Assembly (NCBI GenBank): GCA_003971905.1
Contig: RSEE01000148.1
Span: 62,001 to 119,159, forward strand
From: Moniliella sp. 'wahieum'
Lineage: Eukaryota
Direction of reading: 5' to 3'
Length of the DNA: 57,159 bases
Shown: piece after piece, positions 26,001-38,418 of the stretch
How the letters are laid out: the number at the start of each line of letters is the position of its first letter
Numbering within the stretch: position 1 is the first letter of the stretch
The notes under the pieces: generated by a model
Database searches by the model: none
What the model was told of the DNA's origin: nothing
Seen by the model: the letters and a program-made list of their open reading frames with translations, nothing else
Translations under genes and position numbers: made by a program

Positions 26001-27720
26001 CCCTACCTGACACATCCGCCCCCCCGTTTGCCGACACAGTTCAACCTCCCGAATACGCCGCCATGACTGCTCTCAGCGCACCCATCCACCCGGACACGGT
26101 TCAGCTCACCAAGGATGGCGTACCCCTCGCTCCCAAGACGCTCAAGGGTCTCGAGACTCACCCCTCCTTTGCCATGGTCAAGCAGGCTATGGCCGACGAG
26201 GTGGCCACACTCGCGCGATACGGCACCTACGAGGCTACGTACCCACCACCGGGTGCACAAATCCTCATAGGACTATGGCGCATCACCACAAAGACGGACG
26301 CCGAGGGCCGGTTCCTGCGCCACCGCGCGCGCTTTGTCGCGGGCGGACACCAACAATCGGCCGAGACTTGGGGCCAGACGTTCGCACCATCGGTGCGCAC
26401 ACCTGCCATCCTGACCCTCGTCGTGCTGGCCGAGAAGTATAAGTTTGGCCTCTTCTCGGCGGACGTCAATGCAGCGTACCTGAACGCCCCCCTCGAAGAA
26501 GCAGTCTACATCCGCCCACCCCCCTACTTCCCCGAAGCGGGTGGTCGCGTGTGGCGTCTCAAGAAGAGTCTATACGGGCTACATCAGAGCGGAGCAAACT
26601 GGGCACGATACATCCGGAACCTGCTGCGTGACAAGCTCGGCTTCACGCAAAGCTTGACCGAGCCCTGCTTGTCGCGCGCGCTGCACCACCGGGTGAGCAG
26701 ATCCTCCTGGCGGTCCACACCGACGATCTGCTCCTCGCATGCAAGTCACACCAAAAGTACGAGGAGTTTATGGCCGAGATAAACACACACATTGATGTTC
26801 GTGGTAACGGTCCCCTTCACTACCACCTGGGATGCCAATACGATCGGATCGGTGGGGAGCTGTACCTGAGCCAACCAAAGTTCATCGAGGAAGTGGTGGC
26901 AAAGCACCACATCAAAGCCCCGTGGATCCGGACTCTCCCACATCCCGTACGGATGATACCGCCCCGTGCCGACCCTGAACCCCCATCCCTCCCAGCCTTG
27001 CGCAAGGCATATCAGGGGAAGATCGGATCGGGACTGTGGGCTGCACGAATGGGCCGGCCTGACTCCCTCTTCGCTATCACGGCCCTCAGCAGAGCCGCTG
27101 CCGACCCATCGCAGCAGCATCATCAAGCAGTCGATGACTTCCTTCGCTACCTGTACCATACTCGAGGAAAGGGCCTGAGGTTGACCCCAACATCAGATGC
27201 ACCGGCCATTGCGCTGTATACAGATTCCGACTTGGCGGGAGATCCCATCCAGGCACGCTCCACATCTGGATGCCTACTGATGGTGTACGGTGTGCCGGTG
27301 TCGTGGCGATCCATTCTTCAGCCGAAGAGCGTTACCAGTACCGCCGCCGCCGAATATACGGCAGGATATGATGGACTGGTTGACGCCAACTATGTCAAGA
27401 ACATCATGATCGAGCTTGGGGCCATCGGCGAGGGTACACCCATTCATTGGTATTGCGACAATAAGTCTGTCGTCGATCTCGCCCACAAATTTGGCAGCAC
27501 CGGCAAGCTCCGAGAGCTGAAGATCCGGTACCACAATGTACGGCAACACGTGGACTCGGGCGAGGCCATACTTGTACACATCCCCGGCGAAAGGAACCCA
27601 GCGGACGTCCTCACCAAGCCTCTCGGCCGTCCCGCCCTGACAAGCCATCTTGCTCAACTCCGCGTCGAGGAGATGGATCCAGTCCACATGACTGGGCCCT
27701 CCGGTCAGCGGGGGTGTTGA
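23046..27720 (+). CDS. Copia Gag-Pol polyprotein (frameshifted in this assembly)
   Basis: Protease WALYDSGA (GAC at 24320) plus IEVANG...NLVSVAHL. Zn-binding HKRWNH...CPTC. Integrase LHVDVV...VDDFTRY...RTDNAPEL...NGVAERAIRT. RT ARFVAGGHQQ, DVNAAYLNAPLEEAVY, LKKSLYGLHQSG, VHTDDLL. RNaseH YTDSDLAGD..RSTSG, STAAAEY, CDNKS, NPADVLTKPL. The stop TGA falls inside the 3' LTR. Confidence 0.93.
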
Positions 27721-27874
27721 CATCCGTCCTAGGACCGCGCGGACCCTGAGTCACGTGAGTCAGCTTTCATTCCTTCCGAGCTCGCACCAGTCTTCTGGAC
27801 GAGTCAGTCGCAGAAGCTTCTTAGTCCAATACGACGTTCAGTGCTCACATTCTGTGGTAGTAGCGAGGCCGACA
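27715..27874 (+). repeat. 3' LTR (160 bp)
   Basis: Direct repeat of 22834-22992, preceded by a short purine tract AGCGGGGG (27707-27714). Confidence 0.97.
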
Positions 27875-28320
27875 GCAGCTCATGTCAACAGATTGTTGAT
27901 TGCGCACAGGCTTTCCAATTTGTACCGCCTGGCGTGCGACCCACGCACAACGCACCCACCTCCGTCACATCACAGTAACCCGGGCACAAATAACAGACGA
28001 GACAACGAAAGCACTGCAGTTAACCTCTTTGACGCAGAGGGGACAGATGGCGAGGATGACGACCGCACAGGCGACTCTGAGACTGAAGAGTGTTGATTTG
28101 GCGCCTATACATTCCAAAGACCTCTCAATAGCAAGCCCCCAAGTCCATATTGACCCATCGCAATGCAAAAAAGTACCCTCGAAGACGATTGCATAGCATT
28201 CGATGGTGCTAGAATGAGTACTAGTAGTATAAAACGTAGTACCAATAGTAACCCAGGGAGAGCGAGCATAGGAAGATCAGATTCGTCAGATACGTCGCTC
28301 ACGGACACGTCAATGACGTT

Positions 28321-28418
28321 TCTGACGTTCAAGGGGGTGACGTCGAGGATGTATTTGACGTTCAAGAGGATGACATCGAGGACAATCTGACCTTCAAGGT
28401 GGTGACATCGACGCCGTA
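28321..28418 (+). repeat. Three ~33-bp tandem units encoding an acidic 11-aa repeat (degenerate ORF)
   Basis: Units are TCTGACGTTCAAGGGGGTGACGTCGAGGATGTA / TTTGACGTTCAAGAGGATGACATCGAGGACAA / TCTGACCTTCAAGGTGGTGACATCGACGCCGTA, translating to SDVQGGDVEDV / FDVQEDDIED / SDLQGGDIDAV. Confidence 0.75.
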
Positions 28419-31400
28419 ACAGACCTGCAGCGCGCTGACAGAATTGCCTCACCCACGGCAAATTACTCCTCTGACATTTTTGAAGGTATTTTATATCTTA
28501 AACATAAATGATGTCTTTTCGTGATCCGCTTTGAAGCAAGCTGAAGGGACGACGGCAAGAGCCAGGCAAGCAAGTCGCAACATACACATGGCTGGCGCGG
28601 CCCACGCAAGGGGCAAATCACCCGAACCAGCGAACGTCACTGATCCATTCATGGAGAAAGTGCAGATGAACCCTAGCACTAGTACCCTCTAGCAGAGCCA
28701 TGCTCCCATTCACAGGATTGATGAAGGGAGAAAAAAGGAAAAGAACTATAGCACTGCAGCATGTCACCAATGAGTAGGACACAATTAAACCGCACAACAG
28801 CAACCACTCTCGATCTTGAAGCCACCTCTTGTTCACTTTCTGCGCCTGGGTGCACTTGGCATCCCATTGGAAGAAGAAGTGCGAATGATCCAATGCGGCG
28901 GGGGGGGGGGGGGGGGGGAGGATAGCCGCCGGGCTGGAGCCTGTTGAGCCATCGCGTGGGTCGTGCGTTGGCCAACTAAGTCCCTTCAGTTCCTCCTCAG
29001 GCCTCGGAGTTCCGCTGTTTTCTCTCTCCCGTTTTTTTTTCTTTCCTTGTTGCGCAGCTTAGCCCCTGGTGGCGATTCGCTACTTGTTGTTCCTAGCCAG
29101 TAGGCGTCGGTGGTTTGCTTCGACCACCACTACCACCAGTGCGATTGCATCACCCTCGAGGACCCTCCGGACCCCAGGTCTCACCGTAGCGCACCTGTGT
29201 CTCGCACTCGCTTCCATGTCGTCGCATTCGGTACGTTCCGGGTTTTGTACGTGGGGGTGAAATCTCGAACCTAGGCTGCTTGGATGTTTGTCTGCGAGGA
29301 ACTAAACCTCCGTTGTACCCGTGACGGACGAACGCCTGGCGCGAAAAGATGGTTGAAGTGCAGCGCGAACCTTATATGCCCATGTCCACGCATGCGAGAC
29401 AGCTATACGTTACTTGTTGGCCTGCGGTAACGGCATACAGGTTCACTTTGCCACTGGCCTAATAGTTGGCGCATTCCACAAAGTGTGTGTGTCTGTACAT
29501 GTGGGCGGATCCGATACGCATTTGTCCCAATCACCGCAGGCATGGGTACAAAATCAGGCTCATATCAGCTCGGACCACCGTTGGCCACTTTATGTCATGG
29601 GCGGGCACCGACTGGAGGCTCGCTTTGAGGAGCGTATAAAGGGATGCAATCCCCTGGAGATCCTATAAGATCGACTCACGGTAGTTACGCGCTTGGGCTC
29701 ATTGCTGGATCCGAGCGGGGTTAGGGACAAGCATTGGCCTCTCGGCGTATATAGCAGAGGCGGTTGCTAGTGTGTCAAGGTGTGTGGCACCGTCTTGGAC
29801 GGTAGTAACTCGGGTCTGAATCCTTCAGGCTCAGGGAGGGGCATTGGCAGCGGAAGACAAACACTGCCAGATTGGAGCTGTGATAGACTGGAACTGAAGG
29901 CGGCAGGGGCGTGGCTGGAAGAGGGGCTCACACGCGGCTGAACGGAGCTGGACTTCGGAGTGGCACGAGGAGGGCACACGCGAACTGCCACTGGATTGTC
30001 TGATGGGGAGCTGGAGATGAGAAGAGGTCGAGAAGCTGAGGAGCAAGAAGGAGGTGTCTGGCACACTGGTGTACCAGCGGGCTGATCAATTGACGAGGAC
30101 ATGAGAGGAAGACGCCGATGGACCGTGTGGGGAACCCACGCACCATTTGCTTACGGACAGGGACTAATGGGGAAACAACGAATACAGTAGAGAAACAACG
30201 GGGAACAGGAAGAACAGGGCGAACGGTCGGTGGTTGCGCAGGCGAGGCAACCTAGAAAAAGGTAAGATAAACGGGCACAGGGCGAGAATCTCGTCACAAA
30301 TGAGAATACTGACAAGTGTGTCGCCGCGCGGTGGGTACCGAGACTCATTGGGCACAATAGGCGACTACTATCGCCCGGATGCGTAAGTAGAACTGGTGCT
30401 TCCGCGGATGGACTGGCTCGCGTTTGTGTGTGTACGGTGGCGCGGGGGACCGATCACCCGTACCAAAGGAAAGGGGCCTCTCGATCATCCAAAACGTGCA
30501 GTTGCCCAGGCTTGTGGGGGGGGTAGCTACCACTAGACGCATTGTCATTGGCGGCACAACAGAGGCGTGCATTCCCATCCTTTTGTCGGGGTCGTGCATG
30601 GGCAGCCTCTTGATAAGGGCAATTGAACATCCAATCTGCGTGTCGCAAGAACCTAGCAAGTAGTACCTTTTTGCCTCTGTACTACAAATAGGCTGCGCAA
30701 ACACTAGTCGAGAGAGGAGACGGACTCACTGCCAGTGTGATAGCCCACTGCTAATATGTCGAAAAAAGGGGCCTGGGGGCAAGATCCAGCAGGAGGGGAG
30801 GAAGAGGCGATGAGGACAGCGTCCTTCAGATTCCGGCGAGCTCAGCCCGACAGGACGTTCAAAGGAGAGGAAGGAGGCAACCCACTACAGGTGGATAGTT
30901 TTGTTCGAATCGAAGACCAAGCAAGCCAGGGGGAGGGCGGGGGAGTCGGAGGAGAGCAGAGAGGAGAGAGCGAAAGCCACCGCGGCCAACATCATCCACC
31001 TCTTAAGAAGACCGCATGAGCCTTATACTTCGGACTATCGATACCAGCGAAGAAAGAGATATGCAAGAGGAACCATCAGATCACGTGGGATATGTCGGTT
31101 GCGGGCTCTGGAGGAGGACAGAAGAGTGCGTAGCAGGAAAATAAGTGCAATCAGGTCTGTGAGAGCCCAAGTGCAGTGGTCGTCTTTGCAGGTTTCGACT
31201 TGCTCGTCCGATGGGGCGGGTGTATCGTGTCATATACAGGACTTTGATCTTAGCCTCTTGCTTTGCTTGTCGTTCCAGCCTCCTTGTCACATTGCACTTG
31301 CTATATACTGTGTCTTGGGGGCCTGGAGGCGAAAAACTGCATATTGACCGTGATGTCGTCTAGACCGGATTCTGCATAGTCTCAAGAATCGTGGAGTGCG

Positions 31401-32635
31401 TACACTTGAGTCGGCGCCGCTTGCCCACTCCAAGTTACTCCCCCTTGCGCGTCCTTTAAAAAGCGACAGGCGGCTGGGCCATTCCAGCCTCCGTTCTGTC
31501 GACAAGCCCTACACCGTCTTGTTCGTGGAGCACAAACTATGTGCGCAGGGGTCTGCTGCAGCTTATGCGGAGAGAAAGGATATATAGGAGAAACAGACTG
31601 GAGATGTCGAGGGTGCTGCGTGCCTGCTGTCACGGGTGAATAATAGTAGCGTATGCTGCAATCAAGATGCAACTGGGGTCTGAACAGGTTGAGATGGATA
31701 CGTGTCGCACGACACATCCTCCATGGGGGGAATCAAGGCTAGTAGATGTGTCCGCCGTGCGCGTTGTGTCGTTCATATATAGTTCCTTTTGACTTGATCA
31801 GCCCAAACTAAACCAAACCAAACGCAAGGCACTGCGTTGATGCGCATCACACCGATCCATCCATCCATCCATCTTGACTCTGTACATTTAACCACCCCCC
31901 TGCGTGTCGTTAGACCCCACCTGCTCTTTCCGCGTCGCCAAAATCAGCGCTCAGCTCAGCAGACAAGTGACATTGGCCAACCGGCTGATTGCCTCACCTT
32001 GGCCGCTTACCGTCCCGCTCTCACCTACGACGGCTGCTACCGGTCGTGGGAGGCGTGCTGGGGGGGCGGGGTGTGCGAGGCTAAAAAAAGCAAGGCGGGC
32101 GGTGACTAGTGACTAGGTGACTGGGTCAGACCCCCCAACGCCGCCATCCCATGTCCCATGTCACACGCGCATCACATGTCACACATGCTGTCACAGCGCG
32201 TGCTACTGCGTGAGTGTGCATCTGCCGGCGTGGCAGAGGCAGTGGCGCCGTGCCGCGTCTGCCGGGCGAGGGAGGCGGGCAGAGGGGCAGTGAGACGCGA
32301 AGGTTGACTGCCCCCGTGGCTGCGAAGGCCGGAGGGTGCGCCACACCGCCACGTCAGCGCTCAGCCTGAGCACCCTCAGCGCTCAGCCCCAGCGGGTCTA
32401 GCCTGGCCTACTAGCATCCCAGTGCTCTCACCATCTCTCTCATCTCATCTCTCATCTCATCTCTCATCGCACATACAGAATCGATTTCCACAGCATACGA
32501 AGCATCGGCAGCATGCGCAGCAGCACGCGCAGTGGGCGCCGCAGCATAGCACCCCCAACCGGCCATGCGAGAAGAACCCACGAGCAGAAGCCAGGCAACT
32601 AACGGTAAGGCTACGCTGGCGTGTGCTGCAGACGC

Positions 32636-33537
32636 TTAGAAGCAAAACCCTGGTCTGGCATCTTGGAGATCACTTTGGCCTTGGCAAAGCCCAGTTCTTC
32701 CAGGTGGAGCTTCATTGCGTCCAGCATCCCCGGCGGGCCTGTCCACGCACCCCCCCCCCAACCACACACATACACACACAAATCCAAACGAGAAAGCAAA
32801 ACAAAGCAGATCAAAGCAATCGGTTAGGTCAGCCGCCACCTCCTGCGCCATCCAGCAGACGAGAAAGAGAGAGAGACGTACCGCACAACAAGACCTTGGT
32901 GTCGTCGTGTGCTGGCGGGAGGTAGTGCGCAATGGCATCTTTTGTCACTACGCCCTGATGGCCCTCCCATGCGGCGGGCGGGGTATTGAGGAAGTACACG
33001 AGGCGGAACTGGTCTGGTGAGCGGCCTGCAACGCGTCCAGTTCGTCGCGCAGTAAGATATCTTGTTCGGTAACGTTGGCGTACAAGAGCGTGATGCGAGT
33101 CGAGTCGTGCGGATCTTGCAGCGCAGCACGGAGGATTTGCAAGCAGGGCGTGATACCTGTTCCCCTGCGATCATGCCGATTTGGCGCGCGTACTGGCGGT
33201 GGTACTGCATCTGGCCCTTGGGACCGGACGCGAAGGCCAAGGGCGCACCGAGCGGCAACTCACCAATGTACTTGGACACCCTGCCTGTCGGGTAAGCCTT
33301 GACGAGCAACTCCACCACGCCCGTCTGTTCGTCAGAGGAGATGGGGGTGTAGGAGCGCATGACCATCCGGCCCTCGACGGGCGCTTGGACAGAAACGTGT
33401 TGTCCGATCGGCAGGCCCAGCACCGCCGTCGGAGACGGCAGCGCGAAGCGGTAAATCGCCGTGTTGGGCGCAACGGGCTGCTTGGCAACCAGCGTCAGCT
33501 CGCGCCATTCGCGCGCGTCCAGAACCGGGGAGGACAT
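32636..33537 (-). CDS. CBR1: NADH-cytochrome b5 reductase (Cbr1 family)
   Basis: Motifs: YRFALP...[14 protein letters not shown]-binding RSYTP, GRVSKY, GPKG, IGMIAG(G)[23 protein letters not shown]. Intron 32739-32881 restores VLLC-GPPGM. C-terminus ...KMPDQ..F* (TAA 32636-32638). Frameshifts present. Confidence 0.93.
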
Positions 33538-34387
33538 GGTGGGGGCGGGGGCGTCAACGATCGAGGAAGGAGGGTGGGGTGGGCGGTGGCGGGGTGCTCG
33601 GGGGCGCGATACCAGGCCGTTCCTGGCGTCGAAGCTGCAAGCGCAAGAGATGGCGGTGGCAACGTAGTCTTACCTTAGCCAGAAGCTTCGATGTGAGCGA
33701 GGCTACCTCAGCGGTTAGGACCGGGCGGGGTCACAGGTCACGTGGCTCTCGTCTGCCTGCCGGCTGCCCCCGAGGGCGGCTACTGAGTCGGAAGGAGTAC
33801 TGGTACTGAGTAACTGAGTAACTGAGTTCTGACCTCTGACCGGTGACCACGCCGCGTCAGCCAAGCCACCCGCCAGCCACGCCGTGCCGATCTGGGAGAT
33901 GAAAGCTCCGATTTCCGACACACGAGTAAGAAAACTATGCCGGCGCTTGCGCACCATTATAACTAACAGAGATGGTCTATGCATCCTGATCAGAATCTTA
34001 GTCAACTTGGTTCCTGTTCATAACCGTTGCACTGTGGAGAAGGGGAGCGAGCTAGGGAGGGAGCAGAGAGGCACCGTATGTGGGCCGGCACGATCTAAAG
34101 AGGGAGGCAAAGGGAGGGATAGAAGATGGAAAGAAGGATGTATATGATTAGCAGAGAGAGGAAGTTGCCTCGTCGAGCATCCAACAGGGACCAAGGAGGG
34201 GAGGGGCGAGGGCCCAAGCGAAAGCTAGTAGCTAGTAGCTAGCAGTAGGATCAGCAGAAGTGTGTGAGCAACCATGGATGTAGTATAGGTGAAGGTTGCT
34301 CTGCGATAGCTAGAGTATAGGTTGCTCGTTGCTACTAGGCGCCTAATAGGATGATGGGCACAGCGGGAGGAGACCAAAGAGTAAGTT

Positions 34388-36041
34388 TTACTGCTGCAGG
34401 GCGACCTTGAAGGGCGCGCCAGTCTTGGCCTTGACATCTTCGAGCGTAGCGCCGTCCATGAGCTCGATGAGGGTGAGGCCGCCCTCGGGGGTAGATCGAT
34501 CGACATCAAACACGGCCAAGTCGGTGATGATGCGGGAAACGACCTGTGCGCCCGTGAGGGGCAGCTGGCAGTTCTGGACGATCTTGGGGTTACCATGTTT
34601 ATCGACATGTTCAGTGAGGACGATGACGCGAGTCGAGTCAGGGGACGAAACGAGGTCCATGGCACCACCCATGCCCATGACGACAGCGCCTGGGATCATG
34701 TAATTGGCCAAATCGCCATTGGCACCCACTTGGAACGCGCCTAGCATCGTCACGTCCATCCTTCCACCGCGGATCATGCCAAACGATTCGGACGAGTCAA
34801 AGAACGCGCCACCAGGCAGGATCGAGGTCGTCTCGTCGCCCGAGTTGATCATGTCGCCATTGACCATGGGCAAGGTAGGTGGACCGCCGAGACCAGTGAT
34901 ACCATTTTCCGATTGGAGCGTGATGTTGATGCCTTCCGGGACATAGCCTGCAGCATGGTTGGGCAAGCCAATGCCCAAGTTGACCACGTCGCCGTTACGG
35001 AACTCTTTCGCTGCGCGCATGGCGATTTTTTCGCGCGACTGTTGTTTTGGCCGACAGGGCACGGGTTGTCGCACGCGACGACGACATGGGCAATCTTCTT
35101 GGGTTCGGTGGCCTTGACGACCGATTTGACATAGACTGCTTGGAGGTCAATTTCGTTGGGGTCCAACGCGCCAATCGGGACGATTTCCTCAGCTTCGATA
35201 ATGGTGTGTTTGGCGTTCTTGGCAAAGGAGGTGTTAAAGTTACTTGCGGTCATGCGGAAGACGGCGTTACCTGCCTCGTCCGCTCGCCACGCATGGATCA
35301 ACGCAACATCAGCGTAAATTGCTTCTTCCAAAATATAATCTTTGCCACGGAACCTACGTTCTTCCTTGGGCTCCGATACTTTGACTGCTTCCCCCTTCTT
35401 GTCTTGCGAGTACCGAACGACCATCCCGCCACGCTGGACAAGCGTGTTGTGCCCGGCCGCAGTGTAGAATGCTGGAATGCCAAACGCTCCAGCGCGCATG
35501 CGCTCCGCCAAGCTGCCTTGCGGCGTCAGGTGCAAGTCCAACTCGCCGTCCTTGTACATTTGCACGGCCAACTTGTTCAGGCCAACGTGGCTGGTCAACA
35601 AGGACGCCACCTTGCCGCTCGAGAAGAGTTCGTCTGTTCACCGTTCACCGTTCGCCCACCCAGCATCTCATGTCAGCAACTGAGTCCATCAACATTCACT
35701 TAAGCTACCCAACCAGGGTTAGGGGACGTACCAATACCCTGACCGTCGACCGAGACACTCTGGTTGACCAGATGCAAGTCCTTAATATCGTCGCGCTTAG
35801 CCAGCGCGGTCAACAAGGTAGCCGGAACGCCGCAGGAGCAGAAACCGCCAATGGCCAAGGTGATGCCGCTCTTGAGTTCCGGTGCGGCAGCCAACGCTTC
35901 CGGGGCCGAGTTGAGCACTTTGCTCACTTTGTTCAGTACCGACGGGGAGGTGCTGAGCATGCGCACGCGCGAGGCGACGTGCGGCGGGACCGAGCGCGCA
36001 CGCATCGTCGGTGCGCCGCTCCGAAGTAGAGGAAAGAGCAT
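34388..36041 (-). CDS. Mitochondrial succinyl-CoA:3-oxoacid CoA transferase (SCOT/OXCT family, fused A+B)
   Basis: Arg-rich presequence MLFPLLRSGAPTMRARS. Motifs LAIGGFCSCGVP, (intron 35634-35731), TPQGSLAERMRAGAFGIPAFYT, VVNLGIGLP, catalytic LQSENG, SFGMIRGGRMDVTMLGAFQV, GMGGAMDLV. One frameshift near 35050. Confidence 0.94.
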
Positions 36042-37869
36042 GGTGGGCGCAGCACTCAGGTGGTGGGGGAGAAGGTGGTGGTGAGAGAGAGAGAGGGGAA
36101 GCAACAACGTAACCCACGACAGGCGCCAAGGGACGAGGGACTATATATATACTGATGGGACACTTTGTGTGTGCGCCCCTTCGCCTCAAGGTCTGCGCCT
36201 GCCACTGCGGCGCTGTGCTGGCGCCCGTACCGCACCGCACCGGGCCACATCCCATCCACCCCACACCCACCTCGTCCTCAGTCCTCGACCAGGCCCGCGT
36301 CGGATCAAGCCAAGCCATGCGCCATGGTGCATGGCCTGCCCCAAACCCACACCGCTTCAGGCCGTGGCGCCTGGCTTGAAGCTGGAAGCTGGAAGCTGCA
36401 CCACACGCAGTCGTCGGGCCTGCGTCATAGGCGCGTCGCACGTGTCGGGCGTCACGCGGGCGGCGTCCGACCTGAGGGTTAAGCCTAAGGCCCGTGTAGC
36501 GTCTGCTAAGCCTCACGCGTCAGGTTCACCCGCGGGCACAGCTTGCACTGGGCCGGTGCGGGCTGGGATTGAGACACGAAAAACATGAACAACATGGAAA
36601 CCATGGCGCCGCGCCCGTGTGCGGATCTGGCTCTGAGATCTGAGTCTGAGATCTGAGGTCGATCGGAGGTAGGCGCTAGGCAGGTCGGAGGCTGCGCTGC
36701 GCTTCGAGGCTTCACCTTGTGCGTTGTGGCCCGTCTCGGTCACACGCGTCACTTGACAGTCACTAGTCTAGTCACGCTCCACCCACGCTCCCGTGTCGCG
36801 CTCGGGGCTCGGTGGTCTGCCTTCTCCCACTCCCATCCACGGGCCATGAGTATGAGCACGACGGGGTGAATACTCAGTGAGTACTGAGTACGTCGTACTG
36901 TCATCATGTTTGCGCTGTGGTGGCCCCGGTGGGAGCCCAAGCTGCAAGCCATTGAAGCCAAGCCAGTACATGGTACACCCCAAGGCCAATTGAAACCAGC
37001 TATGCCAGCAAATCAATCAAATCATCTTCATCATGCATCACCAGTCTAGTACAGTACGTTCAACACACGTTCAGACCAACCAATCAAAAGGCCCGCGTCG
37101 GCTGTCACATGTCCCACACACACGGGCTCTCGATATCTCAATAGCTTTTGACCCCGTCAGCTAGCGAATGAACATTGGATTCCCCCTGTCTTACGTCCGA
37201 CCTCACACTGGACTCCTCACTACACTACTACTCACTCACTCTCACTCGTCTGCTGCTGCTGGGCGTGGTGCGCATATGCGTCCCGTCGGGGGTCCTCTGT
37301 CGCACACGCCACGCCCCCCGCCTCCAACCGGTCGCACTTGACGTTCCATTCCACCCGCTTAGAGGTACATGGGTGCATGGGTACGTGACGTGTGAGCGTG
37401 AATGTGAAGGTGAACGTGCCAGAGAGACGCGAATCGCGTTGCCCGTCGCGTCGCGTGTCGGTGCGGGACGATGGAAGTGAAGAGTGCTAGTGAAGATTGA
37501 ATGTGAATACGGAAGATGGGATGGAGTTGGCAAGCGGCAGGACCGGGGGTCCATGCATTATCTGGTACAGGGCACGCAAGGGGTTGCGGTTGACGGTCTT
37601 GAAGCTTCAAGCTTCATCTGTGGAAGGCTGGGAAGGTGGCAGTTTGATTTGAGTTGGTTGCAACAGGGTTAGACCGTAGATCGTAGATCGTGCTAGGGTT
37701 GGGCTTTGGGCGTCGCTTGGGCATGGCCACTGTGGGGTAAACAATAACCACACGCGCGGTAGGGTTGGCCCTCCATTAAGTAAGCCCGCGCAGAGTCTTA
37801 TGTACTTAGCAAGTGTTGCCACGGTGTCTTCCATGGGATATTGGATTGAGGAGGATGGACCCACCAAGT

Positions 37870-37963
37870 GGGTTCGTGGTGTAGTGGTATCATGCCTCTT
37901 TAGGGTTGCTGTTGCAATTGCCGGGTGTAGAGGTGGTCCTCGGTTCGATCCCGGGCGGACCCC
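37870..37963 (+). tRNA. tRNA-Pro (AGG) with 22-nt intron
   Basis: Acceptor stem GGGTTCG/CGGACCC, A-box TGGTGTAGTGG, anticodon stem CCTCT/AGAGG with loop TT-AGG-G. Intron 37906-37927 sits at the canonical 37/38 position. B-box GGTTCGATCCC. Confidence 0.95.
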
Positions 37964-37969
37964 TTTTTT
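37964..37969 (+). terminator. Pol III terminator (T6)
   Basis: TTTTTT immediately after the tRNA discriminator base. Confidence 0.85.
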
Positions 37970-38418
37970 GGGTGAGGGCGGCAAGATGGGGGCACCCTGC
38001 CAGAGGAGGCACTGCCAGCGAGGGCAGTGCGTACGTTTGCGTCCGCCACAGTTATCCTGTCACCATGTCGCCGGAGCCCAGAACCGTGGTTGTCCGTTAA
38101 CTGAGAAGTAGCTACGCTACCAAGCTAAGCACGATTGCACTGTGCAGGGTGGGAACAGTCAGAGATAGCTTCTTGTAAGCTCCTGAGGCCTGACGCTAGT
38201 CCAACCTTCAATGCAACGGGGAGAAGAGCAAGGAGGGGAACGAGGGCGCGACGGTAACCAATCCAGAGCGAGTCGCGGAACTCGATAGCCAGTTCCGCTT
38301 GCCAGCGACATGGCCGATCCAGCCATCACATGTCACATGTCACACCACGTGGTGCCACATGCAACCACACTCCAACAGTTGCTTGCCTCCTTTCCCCCCC
38401 TTTTGGCTTCAATTGCCC

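Larger units (their letters stand above)
22834..27874 (+). mobile_element. Full-length Ty1/copia LTR retrotransposon (~5.04 kb)
   Basis: TG...CA LTRs at 22834-22992 and 27715-27874. 5-bp TSD GCAGC at 22829-22833 and 27875-27879. Internal domain order is gag-PR-IN-RT-RNaseH (copia order). Confidence 0.97.

Noticed and set aside
28321..28418. 33-bp repeats as a CRISPR-like array
   Set aside because: The units are contiguous without unique spacers, the context is eukaryotic and there are no cas genes.
28898..28921. Long G homopolymer as a functional G-quadruplex element
   Set aside because: Similar G/C runs are scattered through introns and UTRs, and their lengths are unreliable in this assembly.
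29767..31347. Ser/Pro-rich and other short ORFs as genes or a LINE ORF1
   Set aside because: No domain motif, no coherent exon chain and no RT or endonuclease nearby.
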